This document shows positions 31,925 through 41,570 of a stretch of DNA of 64,000 nt, piece by piece. The stretch spans positions 160,001 to 224,000 of the forward strand of contig CAXXMV010000008.1 of the NCBI GenBank assembly GCA_963662285.2. Reading direction: 5' to 3'. Position numbers and translations under genes: made by a program. The DNA comes from a bacterium (lineage in GTDB: Bacteria; Hinthialibacterota; Hinthialibacteria; Hinthialibacterales; Hinthialibacteraceae). The notes under the pieces were generated by a model that worked only from the letters and a program-made list of their open reading frames with translations, did not search any database and was not told the DNA's origin. Each line of letters opens with the position of its first letter. Position 1 is the first letter of the stretch.

Positions 31925-33442
31925 TTATTGATGCAAATCCCAATGTTCAATAGACGAAACATTCTCAACAAGGTTCACTTTTACTGTAACTTTTTTTGTG
32001 CCGGGACCAGAAAAACCGAAGGGATCACCATAATCCCAGGCTTCATAATAAGGGCTTCTTGTGGTGGTATCGAAGCGCCAATTTTCAGGGCGTTCATTTT
32101 GATCGCTTACACTTTCTCCAGAAACACCTATGAAAACACCGTTTAACCACACTGCAGTCGCATCGTCACCTGCAATTTTTACAATAAGTTCTGTAATTGC
32201 GTTATAATTTTGAACATCAAAAATAGAACGTGTATAAATGGTTAAACTAGATTCATCCACTTTAATATCTAATTTTCCATTTTCGCCGTTTGATCCATAT
32301 CCGATAGGAAAACCAAGGTCAGTATTGTGGTTCCATTGACTCTCGTCAAAGTTACGTTGTTTCCAACCGGGTATTTCTTCACCCCTGCTATCTTTCCTGT
32401 AGACTGTTTTCCAAAAAAACTTTGTATCAGGAATCCAAGTTCCTAATTCACCATTTGTGTACATAACTCCATTATTATCGGATAATTCGACGGAACCTGC
32501 CAAATCGTCGCTCTTGAGATTTTCGTTATATATACCTGTTGCAAGTACATTATCTTTCCTATAGAGAGGGACTATGATATCCGCTTTGGTAAACGACAAC
32601 ATCCAACTGTAAATATCGGAATCTATCTTGTTATAAACTCTTTCCCATATATCATGGCCTAATTCTGGATAAACAGTAAACTCAACATTTCCTCCTAAGT
32701 TCCGAAGATTTATAACAGTTGATTCTCCTTTTGAAAATGGAAGGGTGTAATCACGTTTACCATGAAACGCCCAAATGGGTATGTCAACCAGGTTCTCAAG
32801 CGCAGCCGGTGGAGCAAGAGAAAGATCAGAACTAAGAGACCTTACATCGCTCGTTCCACAAATAGGAACAGCGGCGGCGAAAAGTTCGGGATGTACACTG
32901 GCGTAACTCCACGTACCGCATCCTCCCATACTATTTCCTGTTAAGTAAATTCGTTTACGATCTACGGCATAATTGGCGAGAACATCATCTAGCACTTGAT
33001 CCAGATATAGTTCAAACCACCATTCGCCTGGAGGGCAATGCGGAGAGACAAGAATGAATGTAAATCCCTCTTCTCCAAAGAGTTCTTTCATCTTTGCCGG
33101 ATCTTCTACAATTCCAGAAGGTTTATCTTTAGAATTTCTTAAGAAAACTATATCATCCGGTCTATTGGGTGCGAATCCATGAAGAGATAATAATAATGGC
33201 CATTTATCTTCTGTTTGGCCGTAGTCTTTCGGCAGATAGAGTAAATAATCATAATGGAATCCCTTGGATTGGACAACTTGTTTACCAGGTTCCTGCGCTT
33301 TGCTTTCAGAAAGAGTTAGAAATAAAAAACTAAACAAAAAAACGATTATCCATGCCCACTTGATTTGAGTGATTTGAAATAAAAAATTAACAAATGATCG
33401 AAAATATTTATTTAGATATTCTGCTGCCGTAAATAAACTCAT
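31925..33442 (-). CDS. Secreted alpha/beta-hydrolase (peptidase/esterase) with a C-terminal beta domain and SSIEHWDLHQ motif
   Basis: YLLYLP, PLLLSLHG, GNSMGG nucleophile, AFHGKRD, GHDIW, then DDATAVWLNG. AAGGAG lies 8 nt before ATG 33442. Confidence 0.82.
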   Translation of the reverse strand: MSLFTAAEYLNKYFRSFVNFLFQITQIKWAWIIVFLFSFLFLTLSESKAQEPGKQVVQSKGFHYDYLLYLPKDYGQTEDKWPLLLSLHGFAPNRPDDIVFLRNSKDKPSGIVEDPAKMKELFGEEGFTFILVSPHCPPGEWWFELYLDQVLDDVLANYAVDRKRIYLTGNSMGGCGTWSYASVHPELFAAAVPICGTSDVRSLSSDLSLAPPAALENLVDIPIWAFHGKRDYTLPFSKGESTVINLRNLGGNVEFTVYPELGHDIWERVYNKIDSDIYSWMLSFTKADIIVPLYRKDNVLATGIYNENLKSDDLAGSVELSDNNGVMYTNGELGTWIPDTKFFWKTVYRKDSRGEEIPGWKQRNFDESQWNHNTDLGFPIGYGSNGENGKLDIKVDESSLTIYTRSIFDVQNYNAITELIVKIAGDDATAVWLNGVFIGVSGESVSDQNERPENWRFDTTTRSPYYEAWDYGDPFGFSGPGTKKVTVKVNLVENVSSIEHWDLHQ

Positions 33443-33523
33443 TCCCATTTCTCCTTGATGGATAATCAAAAAATCGAAATTCATCAAATCAGTTTATCCT
33501 ATAAAAAAAACAATAAAGCATGG

Positions 33524-33563
33524 GCGCCAAGGGCAAAACCGCATTGCGTCCAGCCCTTGATGC
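33524..33563. repeat. Degenerate copy of the TGCCAAGAGC hairpin family
   Basis: GCCAAGGGCAAAACCGCATTGCG compared with GCCAAGAGCAAGACCGCAATGCG at 27189. Confidence 0.55.
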
Positions 33564-33645
33564 TGTTACTTATAATATAGAGAATTCATCAAGAACTTAC
33601 TTCACCTTTGCCTATGAGTCTGGATAATTTTCTACTTGAAGATGA

Positions 33646-33873
33646 CTAAAGGAGTTTGAGGAATTCTTCGCGTTCCAATCTCAAATCATGCTTCACAATT
33701 TTAAGCAATAATCCCCTGTCCAATTTTTCGCCGGGGTGATTAGGGATAACTGTTGTCCTGCCGTCAGGATGCTCAAAGAAAATATGACTGCCACGCTGAC
33801 GCTTATAGGAAAATCCCAGCCTATAAATAACATCAATAATTTCCTTCGCAGAAAGCTGAGGAAACCTCGACAT
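33646..33873 (-). CDS. hicA: HicA family toxin
   Basis: 75 aa; LGF..RQRGSH..F.HPDGR.T.IP.H...L..GLL..I. Confidence 0.92.
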   Translation of the reverse strand: MSRFPQLSAKEIIDVIYRLGFSYKRQRGSHIFFEHPDGRTTVIPNHPGEKLDRGLLLKIVKHDLRLEREEFLKLL

Positions 33874-33874
33874 C

Positions 33875-34087
33875 CTAAACCTCTACCTCGATTTCCTGCA
33901 AGCCAACAAAACGTGAACGCTCAGAGGGATTCTTACATTCCATGTAGAGTGCAATCGCCTCCTTGGTTCGCCCCATCAACTCATCATACGTCTTGCCTTG
34001 TGAATGGCAGCCGGGAAGCCCAACCACTTCGCTTATGAGATAGCCGTCCAGACCCTCCTCAATAATAACCGTAAAACGCTCAGGCAT
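33875..34087 (-). CDS. hicB: Short HicB family antitoxin without a DNA-binding domain
   Basis: GGAGG precedes ATG 34087; FTVIIEE..DGY...V.GLPGCHSQGKT.DE...EAI.LY. Confidence 0.9.
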   Translation of the reverse strand: MPERFTVIIEEGLDGYLISEVVGLPGCHSQGKTYDELMGRTKEAIALYMECKNPSERSRFVGLQEIEVEV

Positions 34088-34167
34088 AATAAACCTCCAC
34101 TCAATTCTTACATGATAGTATACCACCAACCATATATATAATGATTAGTTAAGTTTTTAGCGAAGCA

Positions 34168-34210
34168 GGATGGGACAAAGCGAAAGCGTGTCCCATCGGT
34201 TTTTCTATTC
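34168..34210. repeat. Hairpin related to the 16188-16229 terminator
   Basis: GGATGGGACAAAGCGAAAGCGTGTCCCATCGGTTTTTCTATTC compared with GGATGAGACAAAGCAAATGTTTGTCTCATCCTTTTTCTATTC. Confidence 0.6.
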
Positions 34211-34241
34211 ACCCACGAATCATTGAACAATGTTATAACTC

Positions 34242-34277
34242 GCGCCCCCTCGCCCTATCCGATGGGAGAGGGGGCGC
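34242..34277. repeat. C/G-rich hairpin (family A-related)
   Basis: GCGCCCCCTCGCCC-N8-GGGAGAGGGGGCGC. Similar-style sequences at 40121-40152 and 44959-45000. Confidence 0.5.
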
Positions 34278-34300
34278 TTGGTTCACAAGTTAATCTCTTA

Positions 34301-35695
34301 TCAAACGCCTGGATGCTGCCAAGGCTTACGATATGGGCGGCTTAGTAGTTTTGTGGCTTGCTCGTCTCCAACAACTACGCGCTGCTTGGGATCGTAAATC
34401 AGCGGACGGCCTCCCAGTTTCATGGATAGATTGGCCAGAATGCAGCTGGCGGTTGATATGTGGCCTTCTTCGATATCGGCGACAGGTTTGCTGCGCTTTT
34501 CAATCGCTTTCAGGAAGTCCAGCATGTGCAATCGCGTGGCTGGAGCGGCATTTAGTTCGATGCGTTTCTCGTTCACATCTTCAGGATATTTCTCGCGCTC
34601 GTATATGCAATCGAAATGGATAGGCTTGGCATTACCGCCTTGTGGAATAAAATCGGCGCGCATAGTGCTCGCTTTCAGGGTTCCCTTGTCGCCGTAAATG
34701 AATATGGCCCAGGGGTAGTCGGGATCAGGAGGCGTCCCCCAGGTGCGATGCTGCCAAAGGGCGTTAAATTTGTCATATTCAAAAGTAGCAATTTGGGTAT
34801 CAGCGATGTTCGATTTGCCATCCTTCTGCACCAGGATTCCGCCAGTCGAAGTAATACGGTTGGGCCACCCCAGGTCAAGCATCCAGCGGGCGGTGTCGAG
34901 CATGTGGACGCACATGTCACCCATAATGCCGTTGCCGTATTCCATGAATGTCCGCCACCAACGCGTGTGCGGCAGCCCGTCGTAAGGACGTAAAGGCGCC
35001 GGACCAGTCCACATCTCATAGTCGAGGAAATCGGGAACCGGCTGGACCTCCGGATTGCCATTGGCTCGCATGTGGAAATAGCAGCATAGTTCGACATGAG
35101 CAATGTTTCCCAACATGCCCGATTCAACAATCTCTTTCTTGGCATTAATCAGATGCGGAGTGCTTTTGCGTTGGGTGCCCACCTGCACCACCCGGTTATA
35201 TTTGCGGGCGGCGTCAACCATCGCTTCACCTTCACGCACATCAACACTGATAGGCTTTTGACAATACACATCCGCGCCGGATTTTACTGATTCAATCATT
35301 TGTAATGCATGCCAATGATCCGGCGATCCAATCAGCACGATGTCGAGGTCTTTCTCTTGCAACATCTCGCGGTAATCGTTATAGGTGCGCGGCGTTTTAT
35401 GGCCCTTTAATCTTTGGCCATGAATTTCAACAGCCTCAGCTAGCATATTTTTATCCGGGTCGCAAATCGAAACCACTTCAACCGGCGTCACCTGAATGAG
35501 CCTCCAGAGATCGCTCTTGCCATACCAACCGGCGCCAATCAATCCCACCCGCTTAGGCTTATCGCCAGCAAAGGCTAACGCGCTTGCATTTAGTGAAGAA
35601 AGCGCCAGCGATGCGGCGCCAGCCTGAAGGAAACTACGGCGGTTAATATTGGATGACCCGGTTCGCGGATGCTCTGATTTTATATCCATGTTCAT
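34301..35695 (-). CDS. Tat-exported Gfo/Idh/MocA oxidoreductase
   Basis: NRRSFLQ twin-arginine signal, VGLIGAGWYG, PDHWH, YCQKP, QVGTQR, DMCVH. Confidence 0.93.
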   Translation of the reverse strand: MNMDIKSEHPRTGSSNINRRSFLQAGAASLALSSLNASALAFAGDKPKRVGLIGAGWYGKSDLWRLIQVTPVEVVSICDPDKNMLAEAVEIHGQRLKGHKTPRTYNDYREMLQEKDLDIVLIGSPDHWHALQMIESVKSGADVYCQKPISVDVREGEAMVDAARKYNRVVQVGTQRKSTPHLINAKKEIVESGMLGNIAHVELCCYFHMRANGNPEVQPVPDFLDYEMWTGPAPLRPYDGLPHTRWWRTFMEYGNGIMGDMCVHMLDTARWMLDLGWPNRITSTGGILVQKDGKSNIADTQIATFEYDKFNALWQHRTWGTPPDPDYPWAIFIYGDKGTLKASTMRADFIPQGGNAKPIHFDCIYEREKYPEDVNEKRIELNAAPATRLHMLDFLKAIEKRSKPVADIEEGHISTASCILANLSMKLGGRPLIYDPKQRVVVGDEQATKLLSRPYRKPWQHPGV

Positions 35696-35998
35696 GAAAT
35701 TCTCCTCGTTATATGGTCAGTTTAATAAATAACAGGAAATACATTTTCCCGGCTGATGTGATTATTCCACATGAATACAGGCAGTACAAGAGACGCTCAT
35801 TTAGGTATCCATCAAGTAATTATCCTAATAAGCGCTCCCTTAGTTTGGCTAGTATATCAATCCGTTCATGCAAAACGGCGATAATAATGGGATTTTAACC
35901 TTTGGTATGAAGGAAGGCATATTCAAGACTCATTGTTTGTCAGGACTTCCTGCTAAAAACGGCAGTTAGATTATATTTATAAAGCCAATTGGAATATT

Positions 35999-36163
35999 TA
36001 AGGTTTTAGAAAACAACTCCCTCTTGTGATTCTCCCCCAGGCTTGGGGGAGAGGGATTTTGGGAATATAACCAGTTATATTGTATTGACTTAGTCATACA
36101 AAATACTGTGGTTTAACATTCCTCTCCCAAGATTGGGAAAGGTTAGGAGAGGGTTGATAGCGA
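35999..36163. repeat. About 165-bp REPIN/MITE-like element (family A, outward pair)
   Basis: Colinear with the reverse complement of 51417-51577, including the AT-rich core. Confidence 0.85.
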
Positions 36164-36280
36164 CCACTCGTGTAAAGGGATAACCAGCAAAACGAGATTG
36201 ACCTTTCAGGTGAAACGAAACAATATAGCATTATCATTTATCTTATTGATAACAAATGATTTATATATACCTTTCCTGAA

Positions 36281-37468
36281 TTAACCGCCGTTTTTAGGAT
36301 CAAAAGGATGGAGCGCTTCTTTCAGCGGCAGCCCTACAACTTCGATACGGCTTAGATCGTTGGTTCCCATACCTTTGGAAGCCAGGAAGCGTAGGTGGTT
36401 TTCTCCTGGAAACGGATGTTCCATGTGGTTCGCCATTGGATCGAAACCCATGACGGCGGTTCCCACGGCATCGGCGCAGACGCCGTTTCTTCCAGCCAGC
36501 AGAACCTTCGGTTCCTGGAGTTTGACTCCCTGGTTCCAGTAGCCCTCACCGCCGCTGATGGTTCGGATGCCGTCGATGATGGTCAGATCAACGGGACGGG
36601 CGCCATAAATATCGGACACAATGCGGGGGATGCGGTATTTCCAATGTTTTTCCAGACCGTGGTCGAGTTCCTGAGGGACTCCGGCGGGAGGCTTGGTTCT
36701 GCCATTGTGGAACATATTGGTTCTATGCGTAAGAGCGTTTTCGCCGGGAGCATCGTTGCCATATAACGAACAGGGCGTGTTGCCGAACATGTTTTTGATG
36801 GTCATGGTGACGCCTGCGCAGGCGTGTTGCTTCAATTTGGAAAGCGATACGAGGACGTCGGTTTTCTCAAAGCGCTGGTTCAGGTCGAAAGCGGGATAGA
36901 TGAAGCCGCCCCAGGGCACTTTGAACCTGCTGTAACCGGGAAACTTTCCTTTGTTGCGCATGTCTTCGAAAGTCACCTTGTGGCCGCCCGCTGATTGAAT
37001 CGCCGCAACGTCCCAACCTTCTTTAATCAATATGTCCTCGAAGGGATCTTCCCAGTAGAGATTTTCGATAATCACGATACGCTTGGCGCCTGCGTCGTTC
37101 AGGATAGCGCACAATGCCCCCACCGTGTGAGGATGGGTTTGATAGGATTCATAAGCGGGCATACCTGCGAAAGGTTTCCACTGCATTCCAGTGAGGTTAA
37201 CCTTTATGGTAACGGTCTTATTGCGCACCAGTTTGTCAACTCCACCGATCAAGTCTAACGCAGCCTCAATTTTGCTCCTCACCAGTTTAGGTTCAAACGA
37301 CTCACAACGCTGGATGGCTACCGGAGTACTAGGCGCCTTATCCGAAAGATCAACTTCCGCTCCTGCGCTTTTAGCGCCATAGGCGCCCTGTAATCCGCTA
37401 CCCGTCAGTAATCCCGTAGCCCCCAGACTACAACCTAAGAATTTACGTCTATTCAAATGATTCGACAT
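36281..37468 (-). CDS. Tat-exported DUF362 family protein
   Basis: NRRKFLG, VTIKVNL, THP, SKLKQH..AGVTMTIKNMFG, IIDGI...GEG, ADAVG..MGFDP. Confidence 0.88.
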   Translation of the reverse strand: MSNHLNRRKFLGCSLGATGLLTGSGLQGAYGAKSAGAEVDLSDKAPSTPVAIQRCESFEPKLVRSKIEAALDLIGGVDKLVRNKTVTIKVNLTGMQWKPFAGMPAYESYQTHPHTVGALCAILNDAGAKRIVIIENLYWEDPFEDILIKEGWDVAAIQSAGGHKVTFEDMRNKGKFPGYSRFKVPWGGFIYPAFDLNQRFEKTDVLVSLSKLKQHACAGVTMTIKNMFGNTPCSLYGNDAPGENALTHRTNMFHNGRTKPPAGVPQELDHGLEKHWKYRIPRIVSDIYGARPVDLTIIDGIRTISGGEGYWNQGVKLQEPKVLLAGRNGVCADAVGTAVMGFDPMANHMEHPFPGENHLRFLASKGMGTNDLSRIEVVGLPLKEALHPFDPKNGG

Positions 37469-37646
37469 AGTTTTTGTTTTCCTTCGATTTATATTGATAA
37501 TCCATTATGCTTGCTCGTTAATATTAAATCCTATCGTCAAAGTTCAACCAAGTGGATGGCGGAGCGCCCTATTTTAATTAAAAAAAACAGGTAAATAAGA
37601 TTCATCCCGCAAGTGAGTACTTATTGATTTAAGCAGAATCAAAAAA

Positions 37647-37735
37647 TGTCTGAATCATGATGCCCAGGATGAAAAGGATGCTCATGATGAAAAATCCTGA
37701 GTATCCTGCTAATCCGGGGTATCCAGATTCAGACA
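37647..37735. repeat. TGTCTGAATC-bounded inverted-repeat element with short CAGGAT/ATCCTG subrepeats
   Basis: 10-bp terminal inverted repeats TGTCTGAATC/GATTCAGACA. A longer copy is at 49869-50022. Confidence 0.8.
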
Positions 37736-37861
37736 AAAAAATAGACTCAAATTTTTTTAAAAGTACAAAATTCGAATTGAATCGTAAATAATATTGAATA
37801 CTATCAACGTAATTACGTTATTATAGTAGATAAAACACCATGTTGGATTGAGAGGATAATC

Positions 37862-37960
37862 ATGAAAACCAAAACAAAATTTCTTTACAATACTAAATTC
37901 CTTATTTGCGAAATTCTGTTCTTTTGCTTTTTAGCGTTTATTTATTACTTTTTCGGGTAG
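37862..37960 (+). CDS. Possible 32-aa small membrane peptide
   Basis: GAGAGG upstream; MKTKTKFLYNTKFLICEILFFCFLAFIYYFFG-stop. Ends 5 nt from the convergent hicB stop. Confidence 0.35.
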   Translation: MKTKTKFLYNTKFLICEILFFCFLAFIYYFFG

Positions 37961-37965
37961 ATAAA

Positions 37966-38433
37966 TCAACAGGCAACCTGGGCAGCCTTTTTAGAAATAT
38001 GAAGTTCACCACATGTTGTTTTAACTTCGGTTTTATATGTTGATAAAGAGAAACCAAGAGTTACGGCCTGGTTTAAGTATTGATTCAAACTCACACCTTG
38101 TTTCTCAGCAGCCTCAACCAATGATTGATGCATTTCCGGTGTGGTTCTAAATAGAATTTTTCCATTATAATTGGTTTCCAGCGTAGTTTCTTCAACTGGT
38201 TCTGGTATAACCAAGCCCTTTTCAAGCCAGAATTCAAACAAACTTTTCCTGGCTTCCCCTAATTCCAAAAGCGCTTCCTCTTGCGTGTCTCCAACCGCGA
38301 CGCATGAAGACTTGCCAAGAGTGGGATTGTAGGCTTCAAATCCCCCGCCCTCTTCAATCGGTATAGGCTCAATGATTGTTTTATAATTCAAAGACAAAAA
38401 ATACTCTAAATCCTTTTTTCGTTGCTTAGCCAT
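37966..38433 (-). CDS. hicB: HicB family antitoxin with C-terminal RHH-type domain
   Basis: LEYFLSLNY..IEP...EGGGF..C.A.GDT.EEA..L....WLE.G..IPEP, then YNGKILFR..PE.H..L...A...GVSLNQY. Confidence 0.88.
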   Translation of the reverse strand: MAKQRKKDLEYFLSLNYKTIIEPIPIEEGGGFEAYNPTLGKSSCVAVGDTQEEALLELGEARKSLFEFWLEKGLVIPEPVEETTLETNYNGKILFRTTPEMHQSLVEAAEKQGVSLNQYLNQAVTLGFSLSTYKTEVKTTCGELHISKKAAQVAC

Positions 38434-38728
38434 TTTCCTTCACCTGCAAATATTTAATGAACTCTAGAACAGTCTTATAGTATCTCTTCTTAACCTTGTT
38501 TTTGTGAACGGGTATTGAATACGTGTTGTTTCTTATATCCAAACCAGATATAGATTCTTCATGTTGGAAATTATCCCATTCAGGATGATATATTTTATAA
38601 TGAGAACCACTCGCTGGATTAGCTAATTTCAGACCGCTTTCTTCAACAATCGATTTAAAACTGCTAAAAGGAACTTCATTTGGAGAATTATTCAGCCACT
38701 TTTCCAGTCTCTTTTCACGCTTATTCAT
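38426..38728 (-). CDS. hicA: HicA-like toxin
   Basis: MNKREKRLEK..N.P..V.F, SGSHYK, SIPVHKNKVK..Y. Overlaps the hicB start. Confidence 0.75.
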   Translation of the reverse strand: MNKREKRLEKWLNNSPNEVPFSSFKSIVEESGLKLANPASGSHYKIYHPEWDNFQHEESISGLDIRNNTYSIPVHKNKVKKRYYKTVLEFIKYLQVKENG

Positions 38729-38748
38729 GAGCGTAATTCCTATATTAC

Positions 38749-38803
38749 TTAATAGTATCTGTAAGCGCTCATACTATTAAACTTGATATCGTATATGATA
38801 TCA
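38749..38803. promoter_or_regulatory. Two palindromes upstream of hicAB (candidate autoregulatory operators)
   Basis: TTAATAGTAT-N12-ATACTATTAA (38749-38780) and TGATATC-GTATAT-GATATCA (38784-38803). Confidence 0.55.
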
Positions 38804-38895
38804 CCAATAAACGTAGTGTGTATACAAATTTTTCCATTTTTTTAATTTCTTTAACCATTCTCCTATAATAGGAAGAGATAATACCATTGTTGACG

Positions 38896-40065
38896 TCAAT
38901 CCATCACATCAAGATCAGTCAAAGAATAGGCGTCATAGGCTTCTTGAACCATTCCCTGTTTTACGTCTCCACGATGAATCCATACGCGGTATTGCAATTC
39001 AAGACTCTCACCCGGTTCAATGGTATATGATCCGGTTCCGGGCCAGGCTACGCCGTTTATGCCGTAATAGCGGATAGTCCATCCCGGTGGATAATCGTGA
39101 TGATCCTCTGGAATGAAGATGGCGCTGCCGGACATCTTATCGGCGCCATGCCATATACCTGAATAATCAGCCCAGGGCATCCGCATCATGTTGCTGTCTT
39201 TGGTGTGATAACCGCTATCGCTGGTGATGGTTTTGCGGTCGCCCGCCGGGACGCGGAAATAGAGGCCGCCATAGCCTTTGCTATAATGCGTTTCACCTTG
39301 CAGAATAATTGGCTGGTTGAGCGCGGTTATTTTCAAGGTTACATCTATGGCCCTCCCGGTCTCATCAGCCTTAAAAACGACTAGTTCAACATCTTCCTGC
39401 GCGACGCGGGCATCTCCCGTATACCAGCCGTTTTGAGAAGCGATAATGGCGCATACCGGTCCGGTTTCTTTATATAACCACTTTTCAAATCTAGGTTTAA
39501 CTCCATTCAAAGCCCACAGATCAACATGCTTGCCGCCTATCATAATATTAGGCCAACTCCAGAATAATCCGCGATGATGGTAATGATCAGCAGGAAAATC
39601 ATCAGTCAGGATTTCTCCATCAAGCCCCCATATCGGATGGACATAACAAGAGCGGTATAGCGATTCAGGAACTCCTGCACGGGTCATCAGGCCAAAGTTA
39701 TAACATAGCACTGGTTTATCGTTTTCGGTCAGATAGAGGTGTTCCTGCTGTTTTTCCTCTATTTGAAACAGTGGTTCGTGGTTTGGCTTAGACCTTTTAT
39801 TAACAGATATCTTTAGAACCGCAGATTGTGGTATGGCATTTTGAGGAATGATAAAGTAAATCTTTTCAGGATTATGGAGCGACCGTTGCAAGGGTATTGA
39901 TAAGTCGTTGTCGTTATTCTTAAGTACTAATTCATCCCCGCTCAAAGATGATTGTTGAAGATGCCAAATAATCGGTATAGAAACGCCATTATGGGCTGGA
40001 CCATTGATCTGTACGATAGGGTTGGCGGCGCAAATAGTTAATAGAATAGCTATAAGTGATGTCAT
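38896..40065 (-). CDS. Secreted PmoA-like (PF14100/DUF6807-type) protein
   Basis: RSCYVHPIWGLDGEILTDDFPADHYHHRGLFWSW, KGYGGL, WADYSG, LQYRVWIH. Not particulate methane monooxygenase. Confidence 0.8.
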   Translation of the reverse strand: MTSLIAILLTICAANPIVQINGPAHNGVSIPIIWHLQQSSLSGDELVLKNNDNDLSIPLQRSLHNPEKIYFIIPQNAIPQSAVLKISVNKRSKPNHEPLFQIEEKQQEHLYLTENDKPVLCYNFGLMTRAGVPESLYRSCYVHPIWGLDGEILTDDFPADHYHHRGLFWSWPNIMIGGKHVDLWALNGVKPRFEKWLYKETGPVCAIIASQNGWYTGDARVAQEDVELVVFKADETGRAIDVTLKITALNQPIILQGETHYSKGYGGLYFRVPAGDRKTITSDSGYHTKDSNMMRMPWADYSGIWHGADKMSGSAIFIPEDHHDYPPGWTIRYYGINGVAWPGTGSYTIEPGESLELQYRVWIHRGDVKQGMVQEAYDAYSLTDLDVMD

Positions 40066-40297
40066 TAGAACTCATCCTTAAATAGGTTAAAACGTGGTTG
40101 GTAAGGTAAAATTTATCAATCCTCACCGGGCCTCTCCCATTCCTGGAAGAGGTATATAAAGATACTAACATATTTCGGCGGCCTGCTATAGTTTTAATAT
40201 AAATGCACTCTAAATTTCATGAAAACTATTGAATATTCTTATAATCCAACCATAATTCAATTATCAACAGGTACATATTCTTCAAGGAGATAACTCA

Positions 40298-41563
40298 GTG
40301 TCAAAAGATACTCAAATTACACGGCCAGACCTGCAATATCCAAAGATACGCCACATAGAAGCCTTCCCTATCAAGGATACGTTGGAAGAAGGAGTAGGTC
40401 TGCGCGATCCACGGCAAATAGCCAAGAATATGCTGGTGGTGCCGCCGCCGGTATTTTTCATTATCTCTATGTTCGACGGCAATCACTCTCTTCACGATAT
40501 TCAACAGTCAATTATCCGACAATACAATCAAACAATCCCCTTGGATAAAATAGAGGAGATTGTTCTGCAACTGGATAAAGAACTTTATCTTGAGTCGGGA
40601 ACATTCGAGAAAGCATTGCAGGAAACGCTGGATGCTTTTCGTAATGCGCCATACCGTGAACCGGCTCATGCCGGAACTGCGTATTCCGGAGAAAAGGATC
40701 AAATAAAACAACAACTAAACGGTTTACTGAGTTCTATTGAGAATGCTATTCCTGAAGACGATCACTGTCAGAATAACGGCGTTTCGCTGTTGATCGCTCC
40801 TCATATCGATCTGAACCGGGGTGGGAAATGCTTTGCTTATGCATATCGGGAATTGGCTCAACATTCTCCAGCCGACCTTTATATAATTCTAGGAACCGGG
40901 CATCAAAGCAATAAAAGCCTAATGTCGTTGACCAGAAAATCCTATTCAAGCCCCATTGGATTGATAGAAACAGATCAGCATTTTATTGATAAAATCAGTC
41001 AGGAAGCGCCTATCGACCTATTTGAAGAAGAATTCCTGCACCGCGATGAACACTCAGTAGAATTTCAGACTTTATGGCTGCGGCATATTCTACCGGAAGA
41101 ATGGAACGGCAAAGCTGTACCAATATTATGCGGGTCGTTTCACTCCTATATAATGAACGGCGACTCGCCGCGAGAGGATCAAAAGTTAGCCCGGCTTCTA
41201 GATAAATTACGCGCCGAAATCCATCAATACCCCGGCAAAGTAACTGTAATTGCAGGAGTTGACCTGAGCCATGTTGGTAGAAAATTCGGCCATGAGAAGG
41301 GGATACCGCCTGATGAACTGGAACGGGTAGAAAAAGAAGACCGTGAAGTTCTCGATGCTATCCTCGAAGGAGATGCGGAAAACTTTTACCGGGTGATAGA
41401 ACAAAAGAAAGACCGCAACAATGTATGCGGTCTTTCTCCGATATATATGGCTTTAGATATAATTCGCCCGTCTTGCGGTCGACTGCTAAACTATGATCGC
41501 GCCATCGAGGAAGACACGCAATCAGTTGTAACCTATGCCAGTCTGGTGTTCTATGAGGACTAG
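40298..41563 (+). CDS. amrB: AmmeMemoRadiSam protein B (MEMO1 family) with N-terminal extension
   Basis: REPAHAG.AY, IAPHID, ILGTGH, H..EHSVEFQ, DLSHVG, NVCG..PI, SVVTYA. Confidence 0.88.
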   Translation: MSKDTQITRPDLQYPKIRHIEAFPIKDTLEEGVGLRDPRQIAKNMLVVPPPVFFIISMFDGNHSLHDIQQSIIRQYNQTIPLDKIEEIVLQLDKELYLESGTFEKALQETLDAFRNAPYREPAHAGTAYSGEKDQIKQQLNGLLSSIENAIPEDDHCQNNGVSLLIAPHIDLNRGGKCFAYAYRELAQHSPADLYIILGTGHQSNKSLMSLTRKSYSSPIGLIETDQHFIDKISQEAPIDLFEEEFLHRDEHSVEFQTLWLRHILPEEWNGKAVPILCGSFHSYIMNGDSPREDQKLARLLDKLRAEIHQYPGKVTVIAGVDLSHVGRKFGHEKGIPPDELERVEKEDREVLDAILEGDAENFYRVIEQKKDRNNVCGLSPIYMALDIIRPSCGRLLNYDRAIEEDTQSVVTYASLVFYED

Positions 41564-41570
41564 TTTTCTC

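Noticed and set aside
38896-40065. PmoA label taken as evidence of methanotrophy
   Set aside because: This is a soluble exported protein of the misleadingly named Pfam family, with no pmoC/pmoB and no polytopic topology.
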